DNA of 64,000 bases from an uncultured Gammaproteobacteria bacterium. GTDB taxonomy: Bacteria; Patescibacteriota; Microgenomatia; Levybacterales; GWA1-39-11. The stretch spans positions 151,858 to 215,857 of the forward strand of contig CAZXND010000001.1 of the NCBI GenBank assembly GCA_964641355.1. Reading direction: 5' to 3'. Numbering within the stretch: the first letter of the stretch is position 1; each line of letters opens with the position of its first letter. Below, one piece after another: positions 41,371 to 50,096 of this stretch. Both the position numbers and the translations under genes were made by a program. The notes under the pieces are model-generated. The model ran no database searches. It had not been told where the DNA came from and saw nothing but the letters and a program-made list of their open reading frames with translations.

Positions 41371-43143
41371 ATGACAGGAAACATTCTACTTTCAAAAGTC
41401 GTAGCAAATTCAAACGAAACAAGTTGGTCCCAAGCATATTCAACTCTCAATCTTTACATCGCCTTAAGTATTTCAAAAGAAACAACTGACAAACCCATCG
41501 CATCGATCGGAAAAGAAACGCTTGAAAAGCTACAAAGAGAATTTTTTGTGATAGATAACAAAACTCTTGAGACAATAAAACAAGCAGTTCAGAATGTTGT
41601 TGATAGTGTAAGTGAACTAAATTACTCAATTGTCTTAACCACAATTATTAACAACTCTCTTTACATAGTTATCGCAGGAGAAGGGACTGTGGTAATCAAA
41701 AGAGGAGAAAGAATTGGAGTAGTTGCCAAGGGTGATGGAAAAGTGACTACTTTTTCAGGGCCCCTTGAATCCGGTGATATTTTTATAATCGAGACTGAGG
41801 ATTTTTCAAAAAAAATTACGATCGATAAATTATCAGAACTCATTGTCGGATCTGATCTAACCGGAATATCTGAAAGCATTGCCCCTCATATTCACGAAGA
41901 CTCTTCAGGAACAGAAGCAGCCATTCTAATTCAGTACTTAACAGATGAAACAAAGGAAAAGAAAGAAGAGCTGACAATTCAAGAAGAAGAAAAAGAAGTC
42001 AATCTCCCGCCTCAGACTATCTTGCCAAATGAAAAAAAAAGTTTTTCCTTACCTAAATTTCCCAAAATAAATTTTTCACCACCTAAGATTAGCTTAAAAT
42101 TTAAAAAAACATACCTTATTATCTTTTTAATTATCGTCTTAGTTATTGCTTTTATTTTCGTTCTTAAAAATGAGCAGGCAAGAAAAGAAAATACTGAAAG
42201 AGAAAAGATATTAAATGAAATATTGTCTCTCTCAAATAAAAAGTTTAGCGACGGAGAATCTCTTGAGAGTCTCAATGTAAATTTAGCGCTCGATGCATAT
42301 AGAGAATCTAAAGAAATTCTTGAAAAAGGTAAGAGTAAAATTCCATCCGGAACAAAGCAAGAAAAAACATTAGTGGAAGAGCTTTCTAGAGTTAATAAAA
42401 GAATATCTGATTTAGGAGGAGGAGCTGAAAGTATGGAAAAAAAAGTTTTTGATATGAATATAAGCATGACGACGAGCAGGAATAATTTGTCAGGAATTGA
42501 TAATAATGGCAATCTTTACCTATTCGATTCTGAAGGAAATCTTTCAAAAACAATTTCGACAAAAATTAAAAATCCAATTGCCATAAGTTCGGATGATAAA
42601 AACTACTATGTCTTAACCCATGATTCTATCTATTTAATCGATCAGGACGGAAAAACTCAAAAAATATCAAGCAATACTTCTAAGTCTAACTCTATAGATA
42701 ATTTTGCAGGAAATATTTACACTCTAAGTCCTGAGGAAAATGACGTTCTGAAATTCTCAGGTGAAAATTATTCCAAAAGCTCCTATTTTATGAGTGAAGA
42801 ATCGTTCACTCCAAAACCCTCTTGGTTTACGATCGATTCCTCTGTTTGGATCATTTTAAGCGATGGTAATATTAAGAAATATACGAGAGGAAAAGAAGAT
42901 ACTTTTTCAATCAAAACTTTACCAAGTAAATTAGGTGCAAAACTTCAAATCTATACATCTTCCGATCTTGATGATTTATATATTCTTGATATTGAAAACG
43001 CAAGAATCGTTTCTTTAAGCAAAAGTGGTGAATTTAAGAAGAATTATTCACTATCAAAGAATCCCACCAGTTTTACAGTGGACAATTCTGGTAAAAAAGC
43101 TTATTTTGTCGCAAATGATAATCTTTACTCAATTGATCTTTAA
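41371..43143 (+). CDS. Bitopic protein: PP2C-like N-terminal domain, TM, beta-propeller-like extracellular domain
   Basis: LYIVIAGEG..SGPLESGDIFII; central TM; IDNFAGNIY and LYILDIENARIV repeats. Confidence 0.65.
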   Translation: MTGNILLSKVVANSNETSWSQAYSTLNLYIALSISKETTDKPIASIGKETLEKLQREFFVIDNKTLETIKQAVQNVVDSVSELNYSIVLTTIINNSLYIVIAGEGTVVIKRGERIGVVAKGDGKVTTFSGPLESGDIFIIETEDFSKKITIDKLSELIVGSDLTGISESIAPHIHEDSSGTEAAILIQYLTDETKEKKEELTIQEEEKEVNLPPQTILPNEKKSFSLPKFPKINFSPPKISLKFKKTYLIIFLIIVLVIAFIFVLKNEQARKENTEREKILNEILSLSNKKFSDGESLESLNVNLALDAYRESKEILEKGKSKIPSGTKQEKTLVEELSRVNKRISDLGGGAESMEKKVFDMNISMTTSRNNLSGIDNNGNLYLFDSEGNLSKTISTKIKNPIAISSDDKNYYVLTHDSIYLIDQDGKTQKISSNTSKSNSIDNFAGNIYTLSPEENDVLKFSGENYSKSSYFMSEESFTPKPSWFTIDSSVWIILSDGNIKKYTRGKEDTFSIKTLPSKLGAKLQIYTSSDLDDLYILDIENARIVSLSKSGEFKKNYSLSKNPTSFTVDNSGKKAYFVANDNLYSIDL

Positions 43144-43170
43144 TCACAAGTCCTCTAAAATACTGAATTT

Positions 43171-43617
43171 ATGAAAGTATTTAATAAAACCGCTCCCGCA
43201 AATTATAAAATTAAGGAGAAAGTAGAATGTGGAATCGTTCTTTTAGGATCAGAAGTCAAAGCAGTCAAGGAAGGACACTTAGATCTTTCTGGTTCTTATG
43301 TAAAAATTATAGGACTCGAGGCTTATTTATTAAATACTAAAATTTTTCCTTATAAATACGCGAGGATTGATGGTTACGATGAATCAAGAACAAGAAAATT
43401 ACTTCTTCACAAGAGAGAAATACTCACTTTAAAAAGCAGTCTTTCCCAAGGAAACTTGACTATAGTCCCAATTTCGATGTATACTATAGGGGAACTTGTG
43501 AAGCTAGAAATAGCCGTTGTCGCAGGCAAAAAGAAATTCGAAAAGAGAGAAGATATTAAAAAACGCGATATAAAACGACAGGTTGAAGAAGAAACAAAAC
43601 ATACATTAAGGGGATGA
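43171..43617 (+). CDS. smpB: SsrA-binding protein
   Basis: GIVLLGSEVKA, RTRKLLLHKREI, GKKKFEKRE. Confidence 0.97.
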   Translation: MKVFNKTAPANYKIKEKVECGIVLLGSEVKAVKEGHLDLSGSYVKIIGLEAYLLNTKIFPYKYARIDGYDESRTRKLLLHKREILTLKSSLSQGNLTIVPISMYTIGELVKLEIAVVAGKKKFEKREDIKKRDIKRQVEEETKHTLRG

Positions 43618-43964
43618 ATGATTCGACAAGAATTGCACCTTTACAACAGCAAGTCGACTTTGATTAACAGTCGTAAAACATAATCAAAATTAAGTGCTAA
43701 CTCTAATGTTAGACGTCCGGCTTTCGCTTACGCGTAAAGCTTAGGACCCTCATATCGATCTCTTCTCGACTTAGATAGTATGGGGAAAAACAGTCGAGAA
43801 AAGACAAATTGGGCCTGGTTTTCCCTTTTGCTCTTTAAATAGCAAACCTTGGATTTGTTGTTATGTGTTTGTTCATGAGGCAAGTCGACAAAAGAAACAA
43901 ACTAAACTTGTAGAAGTTGTGATCGCACAGTTTTTGGACGGGAGCTCAATACTCCCCATCTCCA
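43610..43964 (+). ncRNA. ssrA: tmRNA; tag peptide (A)ANSNVRRPAFAYA encoded at 43696-43737
   Basis: 5' GGGGATG..TTCGAC; 3' GACGGGAG-CTCAATA-CTCCC-CATCTCC-A with G3-U70 pair; tag ORF ends YA-stop; directly after smpB. Confidence 0.93.
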
Positions 43965-43996
43965 CACTGACATTAACAAAATAGAATAGAGATTCC

Positions 43997-44698
43997 TTAT
44001 TCACGAGCCAAAGTTGCTCCCCAAACAAATTTCACCCCACTACGTTTAAGCACTTTTGCACATTCATTTAATGTCGCGCCGCTTGTGACTACATCATCAA
44101 CAATAATCACAGAAAAGTCTTTTATATATTTTTTAAACTTTGGATTTAAAATGAATGCCCCAGAAATATTTTTTTTTCGATCTTCTCTAGACAATTTATA
44201 CTGAGAGTCTGTTTTCTTTAATCTCAATAATACATCAGGAATAAATTCCAAATTTAATTTTACTGCTAATTTTTCTGCAAGAAGTGTTGAATGATTATAT
44301 CCTCGCGCTTTATATCTTTTCCTATGTATTGGAACATCGATGATTAAAGGGTTTTTTTCTAAAACATGGATAAAGCTTTCACTTTGAATTAATCCTTCAT
44401 GCATAAGATCGGATAACACATCATTTAAACTTGAAAGATATGGGGAGTATTTAAACTGATAAATCAACTTCTTTACAACACCTTTATATGTAATGCTTGA
44501 AGTTACTCCATTAAGCCCTTGCGCTCTTAAGCATCCAGGGTGTGTTGCTCCATCAATTGAATGTTTATTACAAATAGTACAAATATTAATACCGTTAAAA
44601 GAAATTCTTGCAAAACAATTCTCACAAATAAATCCTCCGATCTTTCGACAACTAACGCATTTTTTGGGAAAGAAGATGTCTAGCAATAAATCCTTCAC
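43997..44698 (-). CDS. comF: ComF-family competence protein
   Basis: Double zinc ribbon, RGYNHS and IIVDDVVTSGATL PRTase motif. Confidence 0.93.
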   Translation of the reverse strand: MKDLLLDIFFPKKCVSCRKIGGFICENCFARISFNGINICTICNKHSIDGATHPGCLRAQGLNGVTSSITYKGVVKKLIYQFKYSPYLSSLNDVLSDLMHEGLIQSESFIHVLEKNPLIIDVPIHRKRYKARGYNHSTLLAEKLAVKLNLEFIPDVLLRLKKTDSQYKLSREDRKKNISGAFILNPKFKKYIKDFSVIIVDDVVTSGATLNECAKVLKRSGVKFVWGATLARE

Positions 44699-44710
44699 AT
44701 GACTATATTA

Positions 44711-44866
44711 TCAAAAAGAAGGTCTCCAACCACAAATTGGACATGAAGTAAGTTCCCGTTTCTTAATTAGCATAATCTCATTATCATTTGCCTCCCACCC
44801 ACAATTTCTGCAACGGATCTTAAAACAAACCTCGCATTCATTATTTTTTAAAGTTGCTAGTCGCAT
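44711..44866 (-). CDS. Small Cys-rich zinc-ribbon protein (51 aa, not in the ORF track)
   Basis: Manual translation MRLATLKNNECEVCFKIRCRNCGWEANDNEIMLIKKRELTSCPICGWRPSF; three CxxC; start overlaps the upstream stop. Confidence 0.75.
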   Translation of the reverse strand: MRLATLKNNECEVCFKIRCRNCGWEANDNEIMLIKKRELTSCPICGWRPSF

Positions 44867-46143
44867 ACAACACCTGCTTCTTCAAGATAAGCTTCTTTGG
44901 TAAGACCACAACCTGGACAAGCACTATTACCAATCGGTCCATCTGCTTTATAGCTACATTTTGGGCATGTAAACCATTCCTGATTATTAACATTTACAAT
45001 GCGAGGAGAAATAGATTTTATAAAAGGTTTCTTTCCTCCTCCATTACACCCCGGAAGTTTTTGAACTTCTGAAAGCTCATAAATATATGAAAAAGAGGAT
45101 TTATAACTCGCATTTTCGGTCGTAAAATTGTTCGGTGTTTTTTCTAATCTAAATACTCTTGAAAGTTTCAAAATTGTAATTCCCAAAGCCATTTCTAAAT
45201 TTTTAATTGATTCAGGAGTGATATAAAAAAACTCTTCTCTTGTAAATCGCCTAAATTCTTCTACGAGTAATTTTGTTGCGTCATCAATCATCCAAAGATT
45301 ATCTGGATTTTTTAGCATTTCATATATTTCCGAAAATCTTCTTCCTTTGTGCGCACTATCCGTCCCTTTTATTTTTTGGATAATAGATGCTACATCAGAA
45401 AAATCAAAATTTTCACCAACGTTGAACACTGGATTATCAACAATATTTGTTACAGTTTCGCTTTCACTTTTTCCCTCAATTTTCTTTTCTAGCCCTAAGT
45501 TTTTAAGTAGGTTTTTGTTCTGGTCTATATTCATGTCTGTTCTAAGGGTAAAACCCATCGGTCTTCCGTCTTCAAGAACTCTGAAAACGTAGGTTTGTGA
45601 ATCTTGATAAGTAACGCCCGGGATTCCACTCCAACCAGAAGGACTCGTCATAACAGCAGTTGAACCGCTTGGAGCTTTAAGTAAAAAGTTTTCTATTTTT
45701 TCAACAGATCTTTTAACAGATCCATTTCTCTCAGCATCGCTAACAGTATCAACAAGTGGCTTATCTCCATACATCGATCCGATAATTCTTTCTTTTCCAT
45801 TTACAATTTTCTTATCAAGAACTATTGGGAAGACCAAACCTTGCATTAAATATTCAAGTTTAAAACCTTTAATATCTTCTTCTGTTTTTTGCAACCAGGC
45901 TTCAACAATCTCATCCTTTCCCCTCCCAATCTCAAACCCCTCTCTAAAATCAGATCTTAGCTGGTTGACTTGAGACCTTACATTAAATCCAGTCCCAGGA
46001 AGTAAATACCAATCACCCTGTTTTTCAATTCCGGCTACTTTCAATCTCTTTACTTCGTGGGCAAGAGAAGAAGATCTTAGAACTCTTTGTTCAGGGTTTA
46101 AACCCTGAACAAACCTTGGTGCTTCAACTGTCTTTAGACTCAT
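44857..46143 (-). CDS. Hypothetical protein with C-terminal zinc ribbon
   Basis: 428-aa ORF ending GCNGG..FTCPKC..ACPGCG..VCD. Confidence 0.8.
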   Translation of the reverse strand: MSLKTVEAPRFVQGLNPEQRVLRSSSLAHEVKRLKVAGIEKQGDWYLLPGTGFNVRSQVNQLRSDFREGFEIGRGKDEIVEAWLQKTEEDIKGFKLEYLMQGLVFPIVLDKKIVNGKERIIGSMYGDKPLVDTVSDAERNGSVKRSVEKIENFLLKAPSGSTAVMTSPSGWSGIPGVTYQDSQTYVFRVLEDGRPMGFTLRTDMNIDQNKNLLKNLGLEKKIEGKSESETVTNIVDNPVFNVGENFDFSDVASIIQKIKGTDSAHKGRRFSEIYEMLKNPDNLWMIDDATKLLVEEFRRFTREEFFYITPESIKNLEMALGITILKLSRVFRLEKTPNNFTTENASYKSSFSYIYELSEVQKLPGCNGGGKKPFIKSISPRIVNVNNQEWFTCPKCSYKADGPIGNSACPGCGLTKEAYLEEAGVVCD

Positions 46144-46170
46144 TTTTTTATTTTCGAACTTTGGTGAAAA

Positions 46171-46221
46171 ATATCGAGAGTCTCTGGCAAGGACATCATC
46201 CGCGCGAAGAGTTATCGATAT
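46171..46221 (-). ncRNA. Candidate structured cis-regulatory RNA, copy A
   Basis: 51-nt bulged hairpin; 34/51 identical to 49452-49502 with compensatory stem changes; 27 nt upstream of ATG 46143. Confidence 0.7.
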
Positions 46222-46783
46222 TCAGATTGTTTTTTCTACTCCAAATTGCTTCGAGTTTCTTTTCTTTGAAATTTGCATATCGAGACATTGTTAGAAATAA
46301 ATCGGAAATTCTATTTATATATTTGACTACGTCCTCATCAACTTGCTCTTTTTTAAGTAGAGAAACAATCGCGCGCTCAGCTCTTCTTGATACTGTACGA
46401 GCTTGATGCAAATACGCTCCCGTTTTCCCCCCACCGGGAAAAATGAAATTTCTAAGAGGAGGCATTTCAGCTGTCATTTGATCGATTTTTTCTTCAAAAA
46501 ATTGAGTGCGTGGTTCAAGATGACTAATTAAATCGGTATTCTCTGGATTAGCAAGGTAGGATGCGCAACAAAAAAAATCATTTTGTATAAGATTAAGAAT
46601 CTCAAGTAAATATCTTTTATAAGCTCGTGTAGGTTTTCCTATCTCTGCAATTATTACCCCAACAACCGAATTTAATTCATCAATAGTGCCATATGCATTA
46701 ACGCGGGTACTATCTTTCCAAACTCTATCACCTGTTCCAAGCGATGTTTGTCCTCTATCTCCTTTTTTTGTATAAATCGGCAT
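46196..46783 (-). CDS. pduO: ATP:cob(I)alamin adenosyltransferase, PduO type
   Basis: IYTKKGDRGQT, AYGTIDELNS, FIFPGG, ARTVSRRAER and YINRISD; start set at MPIYTK. Confidence 0.95.
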   Translation of the reverse strand: MPIYTKKGDRGQTSLGTGDRVWKDSTRVNAYGTIDELNSVVGVIIAEIGKPTRAYKRYLLEILNLIQNDFFCCASYLANPENTDLISHLEPRTQFFEEKIDQMTAEMPPLRNFIFPGGGKTGAYLHQARTVSRRAERAIVSLLKKEQVDEDVVKYINRISDLFLTMSRYANFKEKKLEAIWSRKNNLNIDNSSRG

Positions 46784-46808
46784 AAAAAAACCTCTCTTCC
46801 GAGAGGTT
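46784..46808 (-). terminator. Intrinsic terminator / SD-sequestering hairpin of the riboswitch
   Basis: AACCTCTC-GGAA-GAGAGGTT followed by TTTTT, immediately before the pduO ATG. Confidence 0.85.
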
Positions 46809-46904
46809 AAAACCGTTCCTGCTCGGGATATTACTAAAGCATAGTTTTCTGACTTTAACAGTTGCGGCACAGTTATGGATTTACACCATAATTACCTATA
46901 CTTT
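46784..46904 (-). ncRNA. Compact cobalamin riboswitch upstream of pduO
   Basis: AAAGTATAG/CTATGCTTT closing stem; TTATGG-TGTAAAT-CCATAA T-loop hairpin; CTGTGCCGCAACTGT and AAGTCAG B12-box-like core; downstream CCG-AGCAGGAA-CGG hairpin. Confidence 0.85.
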
Positions 46905-46948
46905 GTTTAGAACAACTACAGCTATTTTGCGATGCTCGATTTCTTGTC

Positions 46949-49423
46949 TTAACATTCAGAGTATCCACAAGAATAGCACTTCTTACATCCTTCTTCATGA
47001 GCAAGAGTTCCTGCTCCACAAGAAGGACACATGTCAAATAGATTCGTATTATGCTCTTCTGCAGAAAGAGGTAATTGTTCAAGAACAACTGACTTATCTG
47101 AAAGAAGGCTCTGCTTATCTAAAACAGGAGATGACGCATTCACTTTCATACTTACATGCCCGTTTCCATTACCGTTTGTATGACCATTTGTTGATGGCCC
47201 ACTCTCCATATTTAATGGTGACTGTGGAGTAGAAGTATTAGCATCAATAACTCGACCATTTACTTTAAATCCAAATTCTTCAGCAAGTACTTTTGCGATT
47301 GCATCAGGTACTGACCTGACCCTGTTTTCTCCAAAACCAACAGCCCTCATCCCTCCAATTCCAGCAAGTTGAGCAACAATTTTTTTTACTTTTTCTCTTT
47401 GCGAAACAGAACTTTGAAGACGTAGAACAAGAGAAATCATTCTTCCTAATGCATCCGTCATTGCAGTAACATCGCTTCCTGATTTTCCAATCGTCACAAA
47501 AAGCTCAAAAGGCTCACTGTTTTGATCATTGTTAATAGTTATATAAGCTTCTCCAAGTGGAGTATTTGTCTTGTAAGTAAGACCGTGCATTACGGTCGGT
47601 CTCCTTACAACAGCTGGTTGGACAACTACAGGTTTTGGTTCTTCTTTTTTAGTATCTGTTCTTTCAAGAACTCCAGCACGAGATCCCTCTCTCATATAAG
47701 CAATTCCCTTAAGTCCTAACTTATAGGAAAGGTTATAAAGTTTTTTTACATCATCAATCGTATGAGTCTTCGGTGCATTTACCGTCTTTGAAATTGAAGC
47801 GTCAACGTATTGTTGAATAATTCCTTGAACTTTAACATGATCTTCAGGTGTTAAATCACCTGCAGAAACAAAATATTCAGGTCTAACTCCTCCACTTTTC
47901 ATCTCATCCTCGTGCTTTTTGTACCATTTCTCATAAAGATGATGTCTTACAATATGCTCACCTAGTCGATCTTTTCTAACAAATTCAAATTCAAAAACCG
48001 GTTCAATTCCAGATGTTGTATTGGAAAGAAGAGAAGTGGTTCCTGTTGGAGCCTGCATTAAAATTACTGAATTTCTAATTCCAAATTCTTTAATTGTCTT
48101 TTGAATATCTTCTGGAAGAGCTTGAATAAATTTTCCTTTAGGAAAAAGTTCTTTGTCAAATTTTCCGAATGATCCTTTTTCACGCGCAACTTCAACAGAC
48201 GCTCTATAGGCTTCGTCTCGAATTAATTTATAAACCTTGTCTATAAATTTCAAGGACGCAGGAGATCCGTACCTCATATGAAGTTTTATGAGTGTATCTC
48301 CAAGACCCATTGTCCCAAGACCAATTCGCCTCTCTCCTTCGTATTGCGTTTTACGAATACCCTCAAAGACATAAGGATCCATTTCAACAACATCATCTTG
48401 AAATCTAACTGCAGTTCTAACAACTTTTTTAAGAGTTTTAAAATCAAATACTCCTTTTTTGTCAATATCACTTCCTTCTACAAAAGCGGAAAGATTAATC
48501 GATCCTAAATTACATACTCCCCATGGTGGAAGACCTTCTTCTCCACATGGATTAACACAATTAATTCTGTTCCAATACCAATTGTTGTGCCATTTATTAT
48601 ATCTTTCCATAAATACAACTCCTGGCTCAGCGCTTCTCCATGCAGCCTCAGCAATTAAGTCCCAAATCTTTCTAGCTTTAACAACTTTATGAACAATTAC
48701 TTTCCCTCCATTTTTCTTCCACACATCAAGATCACCATCCCATTTCTCTTCGTACATTGGATCTTTTTTATCTGGAAAAACTAACTCCCAATCATCATCG
48801 CGCTCAACAGCTTCCATGAATTTATCACTGACACAAACAGAAAGATTAGCTCCATTAATTTTAGTTAAATCTTGTTTTACAGTAATAAAATCTTCAATAT
48901 CAGGATGCCAATCCCAAAGCATAAGCATGAGAGCACCTCTTCTTGTCCCCCCTTGCTGAATAATATCTTTTGTTGCAACTGAAAATAATTCCGCCCAATT
49001 AATCGGTCCTGATGAAAACCCATTGACCTTTTGCACTCTTGCGCCTTTTGGTCTAAGCGTTGAAAGATTTATTCCGACACCTCCACCCCTTGCCATAATC
49101 TCTACCATTTGTTTTAATGTCTCAAGAATTCCATCTCTTGAGTCTTTCGGAGAAGGAATAACAAAACAATTATAATAAGTGACCGCAAAACCAGTTCCTG
49201 CTCCTGCTAAAATTCTTCCACCTGGAATATATTTGAAATCCTTCATCGCAAAATAATACTCTTGTTCCCATTTCTTTCTATCCTCAGGCTTCTCAATTTC
49301 TGCTACTGCTTTTGCGACTCTTTTCCACATTTGTTCTGGGGTTTTTTCGGTAGGAGCACCTTTTCCGTCTTTGAGGGAATATCTATCTAAAAAAACTTTT
49401 TGCGATAAATCGTTTAGTTTCAT
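46949..49423 (-). CDS. nrdJ: Adenosylcobalamin-dependent (class II) ribonucleotide reductase with C-terminal TSCPD-like and zinc-ribbon domains
   Basis: YNCFV, RRGA, NPCGEE, CNLGSINL, APTGTTS, SISKTVN; C-terminal CPSC..CYSCGYSEC. Confidence 0.96.
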   Translation of the reverse strand: MKLNDLSQKVFLDRYSLKDGKGAPTEKTPEQMWKRVAKAVAEIEKPEDRKKWEQEYYFAMKDFKYIPGGRILAGAGTGFAVTYYNCFVIPSPKDSRDGILETLKQMVEIMARGGGVGINLSTLRPKGARVQKVNGFSSGPINWAELFSVATKDIIQQGGTRRGALMLMLWDWHPDIEDFITVKQDLTKINGANLSVCVSDKFMEAVERDDDWELVFPDKKDPMYEEKWDGDLDVWKKNGGKVIVHKVVKARKIWDLIAEAAWRSAEPGVVFMERYNKWHNNWYWNRINCVNPCGEEGLPPWGVCNLGSINLSAFVEGSDIDKKGVFDFKTLKKVVRTAVRFQDDVVEMDPYVFEGIRKTQYEGERRIGLGTMGLGDTLIKLHMRYGSPASLKFIDKVYKLIRDEAYRASVEVAREKGSFGKFDKELFPKGKFIQALPEDIQKTIKEFGIRNSVILMQAPTGTTSLLSNTTSGIEPVFEFEFVRKDRLGEHIVRHHLYEKWYKKHEDEMKSGGVRPEYFVSAGDLTPEDHVKVQGIIQQYVDASISKTVNAPKTHTIDDVKKLYNLSYKLGLKGIAYMREGSRAGVLERTDTKKEEPKPVVVQPAVVRRPTVMHGLTYKTNTPLGEAYITINNDQNSEPFELFVTIGKSGSDVTAMTDALGRMISLVLRLQSSVSQREKVKKIVAQLAGIGGMRAVGFGENRVRSVPDAIAKVLAEEFGFKVNGRVIDANTSTPQSPLNMESGPSTNGHTNGNGNGHVSMKVNASSPVLDKQSLLSDKSVVLEQLPLSAEEHNTNLFDMCPSCGAGTLAHEEGCKKCYSCGYSEC

Positions 49424-49451
49424 TTTGCGAGCTCCGCTAGGAGCGAGTAAA

Positions 49452-49502
49452 ATACCTGAAGTCTCTACTAAGGACGAAGTCCGCAGTAAGAGTTACAGGT
49501 AT
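49452..49502 (-). ncRNA. Candidate structured cis-regulatory RNA, copy B (nrdJ leader)
   Basis: 51-nt bulged hairpin homologous to 46171-46221; 28 nt upstream of the nrdJ ATG. Confidence 0.7.
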
Positions 49503-49563
49503 AATATTTTATTAAACAATCTTTCTTTCAACTTCATTTCATTTATAAGCACAACTTTTAACT

Positions 49564-50010
49564 TTACTTTATCAATTTTTTCAGTTCTTTTTCAAAATCT
49601 TCTAAATCTACAAATCTCTTAAAAACGCTTGCAAATCTTATATAGGCGACTTTATCAATTTTTTTAAGCTTTGCAGCGACCATCTGTCCGATTTTTTTAC
49701 TGTCTATCTCGACTGTCTCTCCACCCCTAAGTTCCAATTCTATTTCTCCAACAATTCTATCTATATCGCTAAAAGACACATTAGTCTTTTCACATCCCTT
49801 AATAATTCCGCTTTTGAGCTTTTCGCGGTCGAATTGCTCTCGTCTACCATCTTGTTTTTTGACAATAAGAGTTACGTTTTCGATTCTTTCGTAGGTCGTG
49901 AACCTTTTCCCGCAAGAGGTACAAAGTCTTCTTCTTCTTATTACGTCGTTTTCACCAAGTCTTGTTTCAACGACTTCAGTTTCTGTATTTCTACAATAAG
50001 GACAATGCAT
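49564..50010 (-). CDS. nrdR: Transcriptional repressor NrdR
   Basis: MHCPYC..IRRRRLCTSCGKRFTTYE zinc ribbon, ATP-cone, VAYIRFASV. Confidence 0.98.
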   Translation of the reverse strand: MHCPYCRNTETEVVETRLGENDVIRRRRLCTSCGKRFTTYERIENVTLIVKKQDGRREQFDREKLKSGIIKGCEKTNVSFSDIDRIVGEIELELRGGETVEIDSKKIGQMVAAKLKKIDKVAYIRFASVFKRFVDLEDFEKELKKLIK

Positions 50011-50096
50011 AAATTCAGTCTTTTGTAAATTCTCTTAAAAATATATAAATACTGAAGTCTTTATATATGTACCTCGTATCAGTTGTCAAACAAGTG

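Noticed and set aside
46784-46870. N-terminal extension of pduO in the ORF track
   Set aside because: This is the cobalamin riboswitch; the family N-terminus is MPIYTK at 46783
46171-49502. Reading the 51-nt elements as integron attC sites or twister/hammerhead ribozymes
   Set aside because: No RYYYAAC...GTTRRRY pair on one strand and no integrase; they lack the twister L4/pseudoknot and the hammerhead CUGANGA/GAAA cores
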